Sequence record: OP778609
DNA: 64,000 bases
Strand: one strand, 5' to 3'
Source: Escherichia phage A73
The translations under genes were made by a program, and so were the position numbers. Position 1 is the stretch's first letter, and each line of letters starts with the position of its first letter. The notes under the pieces are model-generated. The model did no database searches. It was given only the letters and a program-made list of their open reading frames with translations, and was not told the origin of the DNA. Shown here piece after piece: positions 28,754 through 38,847 of this stretch.

Positions 28754-28954
28754 CTATTTTATTTTTACAATGTATTTAGAAGTTCTTCGGATTCTTTGGG
28801 TCCTTGTCCAAGTTGGGTCAACATACTCTATTTCTGCCAGACCCTTACTCGGGATGATTCTGGTGATAATCCCCTTAAATATAGTTTTACGATCGTCATA
28901 AGTAAAATCTACTTTGTCACCAACTTTCATCTCTATACCCATTAAATCTTTCAA
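28754..28954 (-). CDS. hypothetical protein
   Basis: 66-aa ORF. Confidence 0.4.
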   Translation of the reverse strand: MKDLMGIEMKVGDKVDFTYDDRKTIFKGIITRIIPSKGLAEIEYVDPTWTRTQRIRRTSKYIVKIK

Positions 28955-28958
28955 ATCA

Positions 28959-29183
28959 TCAACCCCGTCTTTCTTTCAGTTCCTGTAAGAATAACTCATC
29001 CGCAAGATTATTTAAACTATTTGCCAGATTTCGGGCTTGTTCACGAGTAACACGAATACCAACAGAATCACAACCTTCGCGATCGCAGTAGTCAATACCA
29101 ATCAGAATTTTACCTTTTTCAGTTGAAGGGGTGATGTTAATTTCTGCCTGATAATCTACACCAATATCTTGAAATGCCATCAT
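28959..29183 (-). CDS. hypothetical protein
   Basis: 74-aa ORF. Confidence 0.4.
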   Translation of the reverse strand: MMAFQDIGVDYQAEINITPSTEKGKILIGIDYCDREGCDSVGIRVTREQARNLANSLNNLADELFLQELKERRG

Positions 29184-29337
29184 TTTGTATATACCTCTTG
29201 TATTTCTGCGATTAATGTTTCAGAGGAACTGGCAATTTCTGCTCGGACTTCCTCTGCTTTTTCTTTATCTTCAAACAGGGTCGGATGAATTTGAGCATCC
29301 TCACCACAATGAAGACACAGTATAGCATAATACTTCA

Positions 29338-29700
29338 TCACTTATTACCTTTTTCTTCTTCATGCGGCTTAACAATAATCTCTTCAATAATCTCAGGATC
29401 AATGTTTTTAGTATACATAAAAGTATAAAGCGCCGTTTTCAAAGCGGCACGTTTACCATAGTAATGATCTGCGATGCCATTCTGTTTTGATAGTTTATGA
29501 ATCTCCACTATTTTGCTTTCAACTTCTTCGTTGGAGATCTCTATGTACTCGACTGCTGACATACGTTCAATAAATATTGCATTAAGACCGTATAACTTGG
29601 CATCTCGCTCCACGTATTCTTTGAATCGCTGCCACTCTACCTCATCTTTGATAAGGTCTGCAATTTTAAAGATTACTGGGTGCTTACGTGATTTGGTCAT
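29338..29700 (-). CDS. hypothetical protein
   Basis: 120-aa ORF. Confidence 0.5.
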   Translation of the reverse strand: MTKSRKHPVIFKIADLIKDEVEWQRFKEYVERDAKLYGLNAIFIERMSAVEYIEISNEEVESKIVEIHKLSKQNGIADHYYGKRAALKTALYTFMYTKNIDPEIIEEIIVKPHEEEKGNK

Positions 29701-29756
29701 TTATTCTCTCCTCGTTTGTTTTGATAGGGTCATATTACACAACCCTTGATATGGTG

Positions 29757-30014
29757 TCAACTAAAAATTAAAGAAACAACGTGGTAAATTACTTGGGGAA
29801 AGATAACTACGAAGTACAGATCAACAAATCCAGAGATAAAGTGATAAGCCTTCAGTTTTGTACGTTTACCTTTGTAAAAATCAGAGATGATTTTGAAATA
29901 TTTATAAAGATTCCTTAAAAGTGCAAAACCGATCAACCCCAACCCACTAAGAACCACAACAAAAAGTGAAAACTGGACGTCCGCACTAAAAACACCAATA
30001 ATAAGATCTAACAT
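29757..30014 (-). CDS. small membrane protein
   Basis: 85 aa; two or three hydrophobic helices. Confidence 0.45.
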   Translation of the reverse strand: MLDLIIGVFSADVQFSLFVVVLSGLGLIGFALLRNLYKYFKIISDFYKGKRTKLKAYHFISGFVDLYFVVIFPQVIYHVVSLIFS

Positions 30015-30289
30015 TAAATTTCCTCCAATTCAGACTCTACGATGTAAAAACCTTGTAATATTTCATAAACCCACGTATTAAAATGGTCAGAATATACTAT
30101 ACCCTTTACACTATAAGTTTTATTTTCAAACTTAACTGTTGGGTTATTGACCCTCACCACAGTATCACTTGCAAACTTGGGCATACCGTGCTTTGAAATT
30201 GCTTCACGATCAACTTTATAAACATTCCTCCCAAAGAACTTTTCCAGTGGGCAAAGATTATTCTCAAAATCAGTACCCATAGTCAACAT
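30014..30289 (-). CDS. hypothetical protein
   Basis: 91-aa ORF. Confidence 0.45.
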   Translation of the reverse strand: MLTMGTDFENNLCPLEKFFGRNVYKVDREAISKHGMPKFASDTVVRVNNPTVKFENKTYSVKGIVYSDHFNTWVYEILQGFYIVESELEEI

Positions 30290-30536
30290 CCCCTGTAATT
30301 ACTGAAGTGCTTTTCTTTGTCTTACCATTTGAAGTCTTGATATGAGTATCTGCATGAGGACAATACACCACATTCAGACTCATATCTCCTGGGTTAGCTT
30401 TGAGACGATAAATCTTACAACCTGCCTCTTTCATTTCTTGCGGTAAAATGTAATTAGTAGTCTTATCGACAACGCCCTTTTGATCACAACCGGAAATGAA
30501 ACATACCATAAAAATCGCAGCAATAATCTTTTTCAT
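30270..30536 (-). CDS. putative lipoprotein
   Basis: 88 aa; signal peptide with lipobox FISGC. Confidence 0.55.
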   Translation of the reverse strand: MKKIIAAIFMVCFISGCDQKGVVDKTTNYILPQEMKEAGCKIYRLKANPGDMSLNVVYCPHADTHIKTSNGKTKKSTSVITGDVDYGY

Positions 30537-30883
30537 TTTACCTCCATCATAAATACTTTAACTTTTCGTACCTCTAATCTTACTTTATTAGAGCCTTGAA
30601 GTCTATTTCTTTTTTCAATTGCGTCATTAATGTCGCCATAGAAGTAGTGATCCTTACCTATTGTTGGTATTCCATTGCCGCCTTGCATAGCCAGTGTATA
30701 CATTTCTTTTCCACCTTGCAACCCTTTTGATACTTTTTCTTCAAAATATTTATTGAATTGGGTTGGTGAAGTGTCAATTTCTACATCATCTTCCCATCCC
30801 ATAACTTTATCCCAAAAACGGTCAATCTTGTCAAGAACTTTGTTACTAATCTTTTTAATCTTCTTCAACATAATCTTCCCCAT
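30533..30883 (-). CDS. hypothetical protein
   Basis: 116-aa ORF. Confidence 0.45.
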   Translation of the reverse strand: MGKIMLKKIKKISNKVLDKIDRFWDKVMGWEDDVEIDTSPTQFNKYFEEKVSKGLQGGKEMYTLAMQGGNGIPTIGKDHYFYGDINDAIEKRNRLQGSNKVRLEVRKVKVFMMEVK

Positions 30884-31343
30884 TATTTATTTGGATACCG
30901 AAACGATTTTCATTAGTGGAAAAGAAACCATTTTCCATGCGGCGAATCTCTTCTTTCATCACTTCCTGCATCGTTAATTTAAGGATTTCTTTGTTTAATT
31001 TTGGCTTAACTTCACGGAGCTTGTCAAGAAGTTTTTCCATTTCTTCTTTTACTTTTTCTTCCTCATTTTCTACCTCTAATTGGTCCATTGCATCTTTACA
31101 AACACAGCAATGGCCCACAACTCTTAAAATATGATTTTGTATAGGTAATGCTTTTCTTCCACAATACCCACAAACAATAGACCCACCGGAGGACCGGGCA
31201 TCTATCGTCAATGTAGGCTTGGCCCCTTCTGCTTGAGAATGCCAAGTCTTTTTACCCTGGTAATCATACATAAAGAATTCGTAGGATCTTTCATCAACGT
31301 GGTCTTCGAGCATATGTAAAGTTCGTGTATTGAAATGTTTCAT
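30855..31343 (-). CDS. hypothetical zinc-finger protein
   Basis: 162 aa; CGYCGRK ... HCCVCK Cys cluster; Glu/Lys-rich coiled-coil-like C-terminus; first gene of the leftward block. Confidence 0.5.
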   Translation of the reverse strand: MKHFNTRTLHMLEDHVDERSYEFFMYDYQGKKTWHSQAEGAKPTLTIDARSSGGSIVCGYCGRKALPIQNHILRVVGHCCVCKDAMDQLEVENEEEKVKEEMEKLLDKLREVKPKLNKEILKLTMQEVMKEEIRRMENGFFSTNENRFGIQINNGEDYVEED

Positions 31344-31380
31344 TTTTAACTCCTCGTCGTTTGTATGTGCTAACTATACG

Positions 31381-31394
31381 AGAACTTGAGGGGA
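31381..31394. promoter_or_regulatory. GAGAACTTGAGGGG motif in divergent promoter region
   Basis: Same motif as the direct repeats at 40066-40240; lies between divergent gene starts at 31343 and 31464. Confidence 0.4.
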
Positions 31395-31404
31395 AGATCA
31401 ATAC

Positions 31405-31432
31405 TTGATTTGCATTTTATTTTCATTATACT
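31405..31432 (+). promoter_or_regulatory. sigma70-like promoter for the rightward block
   Basis: TTGATT-N16-TATACT upstream of the gene at 31464. Confidence 0.5.
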
Positions 31433-31463
31433 GTGCACATCTAAAACGAGAAGGAGATGACAA

Positions 31464-32027
31464 ATGAGTCAAGATAAAGAGTTAGCCATTGCGATATCCG
31501 TAGCTGCTTCTGCCCATGTTGACCAAGTAGATAAAGGGGGGAATATCTATATTCTTCATCCTTTGCAGGTGATGCAAACATTGCAGCAAAAGGGAAGGGA
31601 AGATTTAATGGCAGCAGGAGTTTTGCATGATGTGATTGAAGATACTGAAATCACTATGGAACACCTCTTTAAAAAGGGGATTTCAGAAAGAACCTTAGTG
31701 ATTGTCGATGCAGTGACAAAGAAACGTAAGCAATCTTCATCTGATTACCTAGAGGGGATTTTAGAGAGTGAGGGTGCTTGTCATGTTAAGCTTGCGGATC
31801 TTAAACACAACTTAGATATTCTGCGAACTTGTAGCACCACAGAAAAAGACTTGCAACGGGTCAGGAAGTATGTAACAATGCACTTGTTGATTACGGAGAT
31901 GGTTGATTGGTATGAAAGTATCGGAAGGTATCTCGATTATTGTGATTCTTTTGCCTATTCTAGCTATCTCGACGAACGTAAAGAATTTGTTCAGAAACTT
32001 ATTAAAAAATGGAAGGAGTTTAAATGA
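31464..32027 (+). CDS. small alarmone hydrolase (RelA/SpoT-type HD-domain (p)ppGpp hydrolase-like)
   Basis: 187 aa; HD-domain signature NIYILHPLQV ... AAGVLHDVIEDT ... IVDAVTKK ... HVKLADLKHN. Confidence 0.75.
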   Translation: MSQDKELAIAISVAASAHVDQVDKGGNIYILHPLQVMQTLQQKGREDLMAAGVLHDVIEDTEITMEHLFKKGISERTLVIVDAVTKKRKQSSSDYLEGILESEGACHVKLADLKHNLDILRTCSTTEKDLQRVRKYVTMHLLITEMVDWYESIGRYLDYCDSFAYSSYLDERKEFVQKLIKKWKEFK

Positions 32028-32557
32028 AAAAGGTATTGAGTATTGAGCCGTTCACAACAACATACTTTGACGATTTGGAACGTCATGGTGATTATGGGGT
32101 ACAAGACGCTGATGGTTGGAAAGAATTCCCTGAAGAAACAAAAGGTGACATTACAAAGCTCGGTTGTAAGATCAATGGATCTGAACCAAAAGGTGTTTAC
32201 ACCATGTTTTCTTTCCTTGAAGCTATGAACCCAACGTACAAGGGAGATCGGCAATTTGGTTTTTCTTTTGCATCATTCCTTACTTGTAGCTGTGGTCATG
32301 GGGGTTGTGCAGGCTATCATGATAATGTGGTTATTCGACGTAAAAAGAATACCGTGATGGTCATGGGTAAAAAGGAAGATGGTTATGACGAAGGTGTTGT
32401 ATTGACAGGTGAATCTGTTGTATACTTCGATAAAAAGCAGTGGGACGGTGTTCTAGAACACTACCTTAAACTCTTCAAAGAAAATCCTGATGGTGTTTTT
32501 GAAGATGCGGGTTTTATGTTTACTGGTCGTTGGGGGACTAAAAATTTTTCAAAATAA
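32024..32557 (+). CDS. hypothetical protein
   Basis: 177 aa; Cys/His cluster CSCGHGGCAGYHD; ATGA overlap with the upstream gene. Confidence 0.5.
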   Translation: MKKVLSIEPFTTTYFDDLERHGDYGVQDADGWKEFPEETKGDITKLGCKINGSEPKGVYTMFSFLEAMNPTYKGDRQFGFSFASFLTCSCGHGGCAGYHDNVVIRRKKNTVMVMGKKEDGYDEGVVLTGESVVYFDKKQWDGVLEHYLKLFKENPDGVFEDAGFMFTGRWGTKNFSK

Positions 32558-32627
32558 TTTAAAAACTTGTTGACTTAAGAAATAGAAAAGATATACTTAT
32601 CACATCAAAAACAAGAGGAGATATAAA

Positions 32628-33857
32628 ATGCAAGCAACTTATCAACGTATGGACCAAACCATGTTCAAAAAACGTATCAGTATCCGTGATATGGAACCAC
32701 TGATCCGTCTGGGCGCTTCCATCGGTAAGACCGTGTTCTTTTTTGGTGGTGCAGGTCTTGGTAAGTCTGAAAAAGTAAAACAGATCGCGGACTCTATGTT
32801 CCCACATCGTGTAGGAAATAACCTGTGTGATGTTCGTCTGTCCGATAAAGAGCCGCAAGATATTGCAGGTATTCCGATTCCGATCTCTTATCCAGATCCA
32901 AAGACTGGTGAAGAAGTTACCCGTACTGTATATGCTGTTCCAAACTTCTGGCCTACCGATCCTGATTGGGAAGGTATCGTGTTCCTGGATGAACTGCCGA
33001 ACGCACCATTGGGTACTCAGCACTCTGCATATCAGGTTATTCTTGATCACGTTGCAGGTGAACATAAGTTCCCGAAAGGTACTGTGTTTGTAGGTGCAGG
33101 TAACCGTGATACTGATGGCGCTGGGACAACATCTATGCCTGGTCCACTGGTTAACCGTATGATCATTGCAGAGGTCGATTATAATCTGGATGTGTGGATC
33201 GAAGATTATGCGATTCCGTTCCGTCTGCATCCGAACATTATTGGTTTCTTGAAGCAGTTTCCAGAGCATTTCTATACTGGTGACGTAGAAAACCGAAGCA
33301 CTCCGGTTTATTCATCTCCTCGCCAATGGAAAACCGCGTCTGACATTCTGTATAAGTACGATGCTGGCGAGATTAATGAATTTATCGCAGAGGTTGCCCT
33401 GGCAGGTACAGTTGGTGAAGGCTTGGAAGTGCAGATCCTTGCTTACCATTTACGTGCTAAAGAACTTCCTCCGATTGAAGATATCTTTAGTGGTGCAGTT
33501 AAAGAGCATAAACTTGATCGCAGCAAGAACGACCTTGTTTACGTACTGGCACAAACTGGTCTGCGTCGTATGGAAGATGAAGTTATGGATAACGATATGA
33601 CTGATGATAAGTTCCTTGAACGTGCAGGTAACTTCCTTACGTTCATGTACAATAACTATTATGCAAACAACAAGGATACGATGATTGCTTTGATCTTGGG
33701 CGTGTTCCGTGGTCCAAACGATAAGCCATCTATCCTGACTGTTAACCCGAAACGTCAGAAAATGATTCCGCTCATGCGTAAAAGTTGCCCGACTGTTTCT
33801 GCCGCAGTTATGGAATACATGACTCGCTATGGTCAACTGATTAAAGAATTCGAATAA
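32628..33857 (+). CDS. MoxR/CbbQ-like AAA+ ATPase (AAA_5 type)
   Basis: 409 aa; Walker A GGAGLGKSE, Walker B VFLDELPNAP; strong E. coli-like optimal codon usage (CGT, CTG, CCG, GGT). Confidence 0.75.
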   Translation: MQATYQRMDQTMFKKRISIRDMEPLIRLGASIGKTVFFFGGAGLGKSEKVKQIADSMFPHRVGNNLCDVRLSDKEPQDIAGIPIPISYPDPKTGEEVTRTVYAVPNFWPTDPDWEGIVFLDELPNAPLGTQHSAYQVILDHVAGEHKFPKGTVFVGAGNRDTDGAGTTSMPGPLVNRMIIAEVDYNLDVWIEDYAIPFRLHPNIIGFLKQFPEHFYTGDVENRSTPVYSSPRQWKTASDILYKYDAGEINEFIAEVALAGTVGEGLEVQILAYHLRAKELPPIEDIFSGAVKEHKLDRSKNDLVYVLAQTGLRRMEDEVMDNDMTDDKFLERAGNFLTFMYNNYYANNKDTMIALILGVFRGPNDKPSILTVNPKRQKMIPLMRKSCPTVSAAVMEYMTRYGQLIKEFE

Positions 33858-33937
33858 TCTCTTGACAACGAAAAACAGTTAACTTAATATAAGGGCATCT
33901 CGAAAGAGGTGTCCTTTTTTAATTTGGAGAAAATGAA

Positions 33938-35476
33938 ATGGCAAAACTTACGATTGAAGAAAGCAATATGATTGAAATGCAAGTCTCTGAAGCAGAGCGT
34001 ATCATCGAGGCTGCTAGTCTACAACTGATGCGGTTTAAGCCCTTCTACGGGGTAATGCTTTCGTCTATGCCTGTTAAAAAGGCGACGGAGTGGTGTAGTA
34101 CAATGGCGACTGATGGACGTAACCTGTATTACCATCCAGAGTTCGTTGCAGGTATGACAGAAGAACGTAAAAAATTGGTACTTGATCGACTTTCCAAAAC
34201 TGAGAAAGATCCTAAAAAGCTGAAAGAGTCCACTGAGTTTATTAATGTCTTCTATCGTCGCAAGACTGCCCGTGAGCTTGCTCTTATTCTTGAGCACGAA
34301 TGCGATCATGTGATCTCTGATCATGCCTCTCGCGGTAAAGGATTTAATCATGAACTTTACAACATTGCAGCGGATCATCGTATCAATACAACGGCGGTTC
34401 TTATTCACCAAAAGGGGGATGAGTTAGGTAAGGCATGGTTCCCTGCCGGAGAAAGAACAGTATTCGATAAGAATGCAGAATTTGGATTTATGGCCTGGTC
34501 TTACTGTGATTTCCGATTCAAAGATATGTATACTGAGCAGATCTATGAAATCCTGAATAAAGAGCAAGATGATAAAGAAAAATCCAAAGGGAAAGGTTCT
34601 GGTTCTGGAAGTGAAGAGGGTGATGGTGAAGAAGGTGGTCAAGGTCGTAAAGGTGTTGATCAGCACATGGATCAGAATGGTGATCCAGAAGATTCAGAAG
34701 GTGATGGTATCGAAGATGCACTAGGAATCGACCGTAAAGCGAAGCCTAAGCAAACAGCAGAGGAACGCCAGTATAACGATGGGGTTATGCGTCGAGCCAT
34801 TGAGAATGCCGTACAGGCAGCAGGAAGCGGTGCACCGGAAGATGCTCGTCGTTTTGTAGAAGCGGCGGGTAAACCAAAGATTAATTATCTTCGTTTGTTG
34901 CGTAAAACTATTGAACGTCTGTTCAAAGATGATGTATCATATCGTCGTTTGTCACGCCGTAGTCACTCGTTAACTCGGACTCTTCGTGGCTCGGGTTACT
35001 TATCTGGACGACAGACGATTGGTTTACCCTCAAAGAATAAACAGAAGACTATTCGTGCAGGTGTCTTCTTCGACGTATCGGGATCATTTAACGATGATCT
35101 ATTGCGTCCAACAATGCGTGAGATTCGTGGATTATGTAATCTTTACGACGAATTTGAGGTCACGATGGCTTGCTGGTCAACAAAGGTTGGTAACATCGAG
35201 ACGTATACGAAAAGAAACGTTGGTGAGATTGCTGACTATAAGATCAAAACGACATTTGGTACGGATGTTTCTTGTGTGTTTGAAGCATTAGATGAAATGA
35301 AAGACCCTATGGATCAGATCATCATCTATACTGACGGTTACTTTGCTGATGTATCCCAAAAGAAAGATTGGGCCAAAAAGTATGGTAAGAATGTTCTTTG
35401 GATCATCCTGGGTCGTGGGTCTTCGTTCACCCCACCTTTCGGTAAGGCAATTGATTTTGACAAGTATCTTAAATAA
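33938..35476 (+). CDS. vWA-domain protein with N-terminal HExxH putative metallopeptidase domain
   Basis: 512 aa; HECDH motif; acidic/Gly-rich linker; C-terminal vWA with MIDAS-like DVSGSF. Confidence 0.7.
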   Translation: MAKLTIEESNMIEMQVSEAERIIEAASLQLMRFKPFYGVMLSSMPVKKATEWCSTMATDGRNLYYHPEFVAGMTEERKKLVLDRLSKTEKDPKKLKESTEFINVFYRRKTARELALILEHECDHVISDHASRGKGFNHELYNIAADHRINTTAVLIHQKGDELGKAWFPAGERTVFDKNAEFGFMAWSYCDFRFKDMYTEQIYEILNKEQDDKEKSKGKGSGSGSEEGDGEEGGQGRKGVDQHMDQNGDPEDSEGDGIEDALGIDRKAKPKQTAEERQYNDGVMRRAIENAVQAAGSGAPEDARRFVEAAGKPKINYLRLLRKTIERLFKDDVSYRRLSRRSHSLTRTLRGSGYLSGRQTIGLPSKNKQKTIRAGVFFDVSGSFNDDLLRPTMREIRGLCNLYDEFEVTMACWSTKVGNIETYTKRNVGEIADYKIKTTFGTDVSCVFEALDEMKDPMDQIIIYTDGYFADVSQKKDWAKKYGKNVLWIILGRGSSFTPPFGKAIDFDKYLK

Positions 35477-35485
35477 GGAGGGTCT

Positions 35486-35857
35486 TTGAGCGAGTATACT
35501 TACAAGTTGTCAGTTGGTAGGCGTGGTGTGGTTATGACTATCAACATGATTAATGAGAGTGCGGAGGCTGTGAAGTGGTGGGCCTCCACCTTCAACGGGA
35601 AAGGTTTTACTTTATCGCGTCATAAGATTGAATCAGGAAAGCCGATAGATCTTGTCAAGGAGGACACTTTCTTGTATCCTGATCGTATCAGTGATGAAGA
35701 TATTGATTTCCTGTCCGCTACGGTTGGTAGTCTGTTAGATGAGGAGCCAGATATTGTAAGGTTGCTCTCTTTGCTTTCCGCAATGTGGTCAGCAGGTCAT
35801 GATGAGGAAAGTATGCATACGATGGTAAGGAATACGTTGAGACGTTGGTCTAAGTAA
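35486..35857 (+). CDS. hypothetical protein (TTG start)
   Basis: 123 aa; AGGAGG Shine-Dalgarno 5 nt upstream of TTG. Confidence 0.45.
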   Translation: MSEYTYKLSVGRRGVVMTINMINESAEAVKWWASTFNGKGFTLSRHKIESGKPIDLVKEDTFLYPDRISDEDIDFLSATVGSLLDEEPDIVRLLSLLSAMWSAGHDEESMHTMVRNTLRRWSK

Positions 35858-36177
35858 CAACATTTCCTTTATGCCCATTTAGGCATACAATACTATATTA
35901 GATGATAAACCCCTCAACCTGCTCGGTTGCTTCGACGGGGTTTATATATCTATTAAAAAATTAACCACACTCACATTCGTTCGGTACTTAATTTTTTAAG
36001 TCACCACAAAATTGTGTTGACACCACAATGAAACAGATGTAGAGTTAACAAGAGAAGGAAAGTCAATTGGATAAGTTTTACATATACTGTCTAACATTGG
36101 GATTGATCTTCATGATTGTTGGATCAGTGGGTAAAGTTTTACTCAATAGTTTTGGAATTTATTAAGAGGAGATCGTA

Positions 36178-36420
36178 ATGAGAGTACGTCAACATCGTGG
36201 TACATTGATCGAAAGTTTGAAAACTGTTAAACAGATTGAAAGTACAAAACAAGCTCTTGTGGATCATATCAACAAAGAGTTAGGTAAACCGTTTAACTTC
36301 TCTGTTGATTCGATCAGTATTGTGGAAAAAGGAGTTGATGAGCGTATCAACTGGAACAATCATCTCATCCTGATTGATGGATTTGGTGTATTTGGTTATT
36401 GTGATCAACATCCTGTTTAA
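36178..36420 (+). CDS. hypothetical protein
   Basis: 80 aa; RBS GAGGAG. Confidence 0.5.
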   Translation: MRVRQHRGTLIESLKTVKQIESTKQALVDHINKELGKPFNFSVDSISIVEKGVDERINWNNHLILIDGFGVFGYCDQHPV

Positions 36421-36540
36421 GAGGTGGTTATGGGTATTAAATGGTGGTTGTTTGTAGTTCCTGCAAATGATAATGCAGGTGGTGATGATAAACGTGCAGT
36501 CGCACAAACCTATGTCTATGGTCGTCGTTAAGGGGTTATT

Positions 36541-36948
36541 ATGGATGCTTTTTTGAGTATAGTCTTTGCACTAACAGTGGTTGATTGGGTATTTATCGGT
36601 ATCTATTTACTGTGTATTCCTTTTGTGATCTGGTTTTACATTGACCTTTTGGCAGGTACTGGCAAAGTAAGTGGGATGGACTACTTCATGTTTATTGTTG
36701 TGATCCTGATGGGACCTTTAGCTTTGTTGTCTTTCCTTATTGCAAACATTGTGGTAAGAGGGGGCGCTATCAAACAAGCCATTCTTTTAAAGGTGAGTGG
36801 AACTGATATCGGTAAGAAGATCATTGTCTGGAACATTACACGTAAGCTTAAGAAGACTGATACCAAATGGGTTAATCCTTTAGAGCGAGCCGTTCAGAAA
36901 CGTCACAAAGTCTTAATAGGGAGAAAACATGGGAAATACAATCCGTAA
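36541..36948 (+). CDS. membrane protein
   Basis: 135 aa; three hydrophobic helices. Confidence 0.5.
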   Translation: MDAFLSIVFALTVVDWVFIGIYLLCIPFVIWFYIDLLAGTGKVSGMDYFMFIVVILMGPLALLSFLIANIVVRGGAIKQAILLKVSGTDIGKKIIVWNITRKLKKTDTKWVNPLERAVQKRHKVLIGRKHGKYNP

Positions 36949-37089
36949 AATCAAGTGGAAGTTTTGGGAATACGCGTTGGTTGTTGCTGGATATCTTTTC
37001 GGATACGGTCATGAAGTGTACTATGGTGTGAAGCATAATCGAAACATGGCGTACTTCGCGTGGAAGTTTCCAGAGCGTAAGGAAAAGAA

Positions 37090-37611
37090 ATGAAAGTCAC
37101 AGAAAGCTTAGTTAAAAAGGTTCGAATAGAAGAACTCCAGGAAGAAAGGCTCGATCCTATCGAGGTTATCATTGAGAACTACGAGAATGGAAGAGGTAAG
37201 CTTATAGTCACCTCAAGTGGCAAGTCTTGGGTAGGCCAATGGAATGCAATGGGAGGTAGTGTAGAGTCCTTCATCCAACGTGTAGATAATGACTACCTTA
37301 TCGGATGTATGGGGCGAGCGCCTAAATTTATTGAAGATAAGGATGAAGATCCTGTTTTCATTAAGAAGATGATCTTGAAGCAACGCCGGACCGATTCAAT
37401 AACTAAAGGGCAGGCGAAATGGGCTTGGGATTATACGGAGACGTTTGCCCCTGACCGTGATCATATCTTTCATGGGGTTCCTTTTGCGCTTCAACCCTTG
37501 AGGGAGTTAGAAGAGCCTTGGCATCTTGACTGGCCTACAAAAATCAATACTGAATATACGCATCAAAGTGAGATTTTGGATGTTGTTCGTAAAGTTATAA
37601 AGCCAAATTAA
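37090..37611 (+). CDS. hypothetical protein
   Basis: 173-aa ORF. Confidence 0.5.
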   Translation: MKVTESLVKKVRIEELQEERLDPIEVIIENYENGRGKLIVTSSGKSWVGQWNAMGGSVESFIQRVDNDYLIGCMGRAPKFIEDKDEDPVFIKKMILKQRRTDSITKGQAKWAWDYTETFAPDRDHIFHGVPFALQPLRELEEPWHLDWPTKINTEYTHQSEILDVVRKVIKPN

Positions 37612-37681
37612 TCACAAAAGGGGTTGACGAGAGTCACCCCCTGAGCTAAACTTCAGTTATCAAAACAAAGAGGAGAAAGAA

Positions 37682-38302
37682 ATGGCTATATATGCAAAAC
37701 TGAAAGAAAGTAAGAAAAGTTATTTTATTTCAATGGACCCATCTAACCGACGTATGATTGAAAATCATGGTGATCGATTCATTGTTCGACCTTCTGAGAA
37801 TAACGATTCTTACTTACGTCCGGTGGGTCCACGTATTGAGGGTCAGTTCTTAACATCCAGAGATATCGAAGAGTATTTCACATTCTTCCCTCAATGGTCA
37901 GCGGAGTCGGCAGAATACATCGTTAACCTAGCGATCCCAAGGGGTGAAGTGGCTATTGATGATCAGTATCTGCTGGGGGATAAATGGGGTGACTACAAGA
38001 TCAAAACAAGTCATCCAAATATGTGGCGACTGTATAACTCCGATAATCCTGACGATTATGTTATGCTTAAGCAAAGTAATTTGGAAAAATACTTCACCTT
38101 GCAGGAAGATAGCTTAAAAAAAGCATTGGCTAAGTTTGATAATTACACTCCTGCACCTGTAGAAAAAGAACAGGAAGTTGTAGATACGGATGTTTTTGAA
38201 GTGAACATTAAGCGCACAGTCAGAGTTAAGGATGCGGAAGTCACAGAGGACAATCTGGATCAATTCATTGCACAGCTTACTAAACTGGTTAAAGGAGAAT
38301 AA
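37682..38302 (+). CDS. hypothetical protein
   Basis: 206 aa; RBS GAGGAG. Confidence 0.55.
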   Translation: MAIYAKLKESKKSYFISMDPSNRRMIENHGDRFIVRPSENNDSYLRPVGPRIEGQFLTSRDIEEYFTFFPQWSAESAEYIVNLAIPRGEVAIDDQYLLGDKWGDYKIKTSHPNMWRLYNSDNPDDYVMLKQSNLEKYFTLQEDSLKKALAKFDNYTPAPVEKEQEVVDTDVFEVNIKRTVRVKDAEVTEDNLDQFIAQLTKLVKGE

Positions 38303-38305
38303 AAG

Positions 38306-38620
38306 ATGATTATTGATGAAAGAACACAAGCAGTTATTGACAAGACTTTCAGTGTACGTAAAAGTATTGTTGCAGACATTAGTCTTGAGCGTATAACCGA
38401 AGAGGGTATCGATACTTCTGTAAACTACCCATTGGTGGAAGAAGACTTCTTACGTAAAATTATGAAGCAAAGTTTTACCGATCATGTGCAGGTAGAAACT
38501 AACGAAGAGATGTGGTTAGTCTTTAAACTATCTGCCGATACTGATCACGAACAAGAATTCAATGCGGCATTGGCATGGATTCTTAAATACTGTAATGACA
38601 ATGATCTGGAGGTGATGTAA
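38306..38620 (+). CDS. hypothetical protein
   Basis: 104-aa ORF. Confidence 0.5.
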   Translation: MIIDERTQAVIDKTFSVRKSIVADISLERITEEGIDTSVNYPLVEEDFLRKIMKQSFTDHVQVETNEEMWLVFKLSADTDHEQEFNAALAWILKYCNDNDLEVM

Positions 38621-38847
38621 TGCACAAGCTTCCAAAGAACTTTCGATTCTATCGTGATCTGAAATTAAAGTCTGTACTGTTTGTCGAGAATTTAGAGTTA
38701 GAGGAGTTTTATGGTTTTGAATGGTACAAAGGGGATATGGGAGAGATGAACTTAGAGAATGTTCTCAAATTTTGGGGCAATGATGATGGGGAAGGATACA
38801 GCCCCACACCAAAACACGAGCTTTCCCTTGTTGAGATTAGACAGTAA
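38620..38847 (+). CDS. hypothetical protein
   Basis: 75-aa ORF; ATGA overlap. Confidence 0.45.
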   Translation: MHKLPKNFRFYRDLKLKSVLFVENLELEEFYGFEWYKGDMGEMNLENVLKFWGNDDGEGYSPTPKHELSLVEIRQ

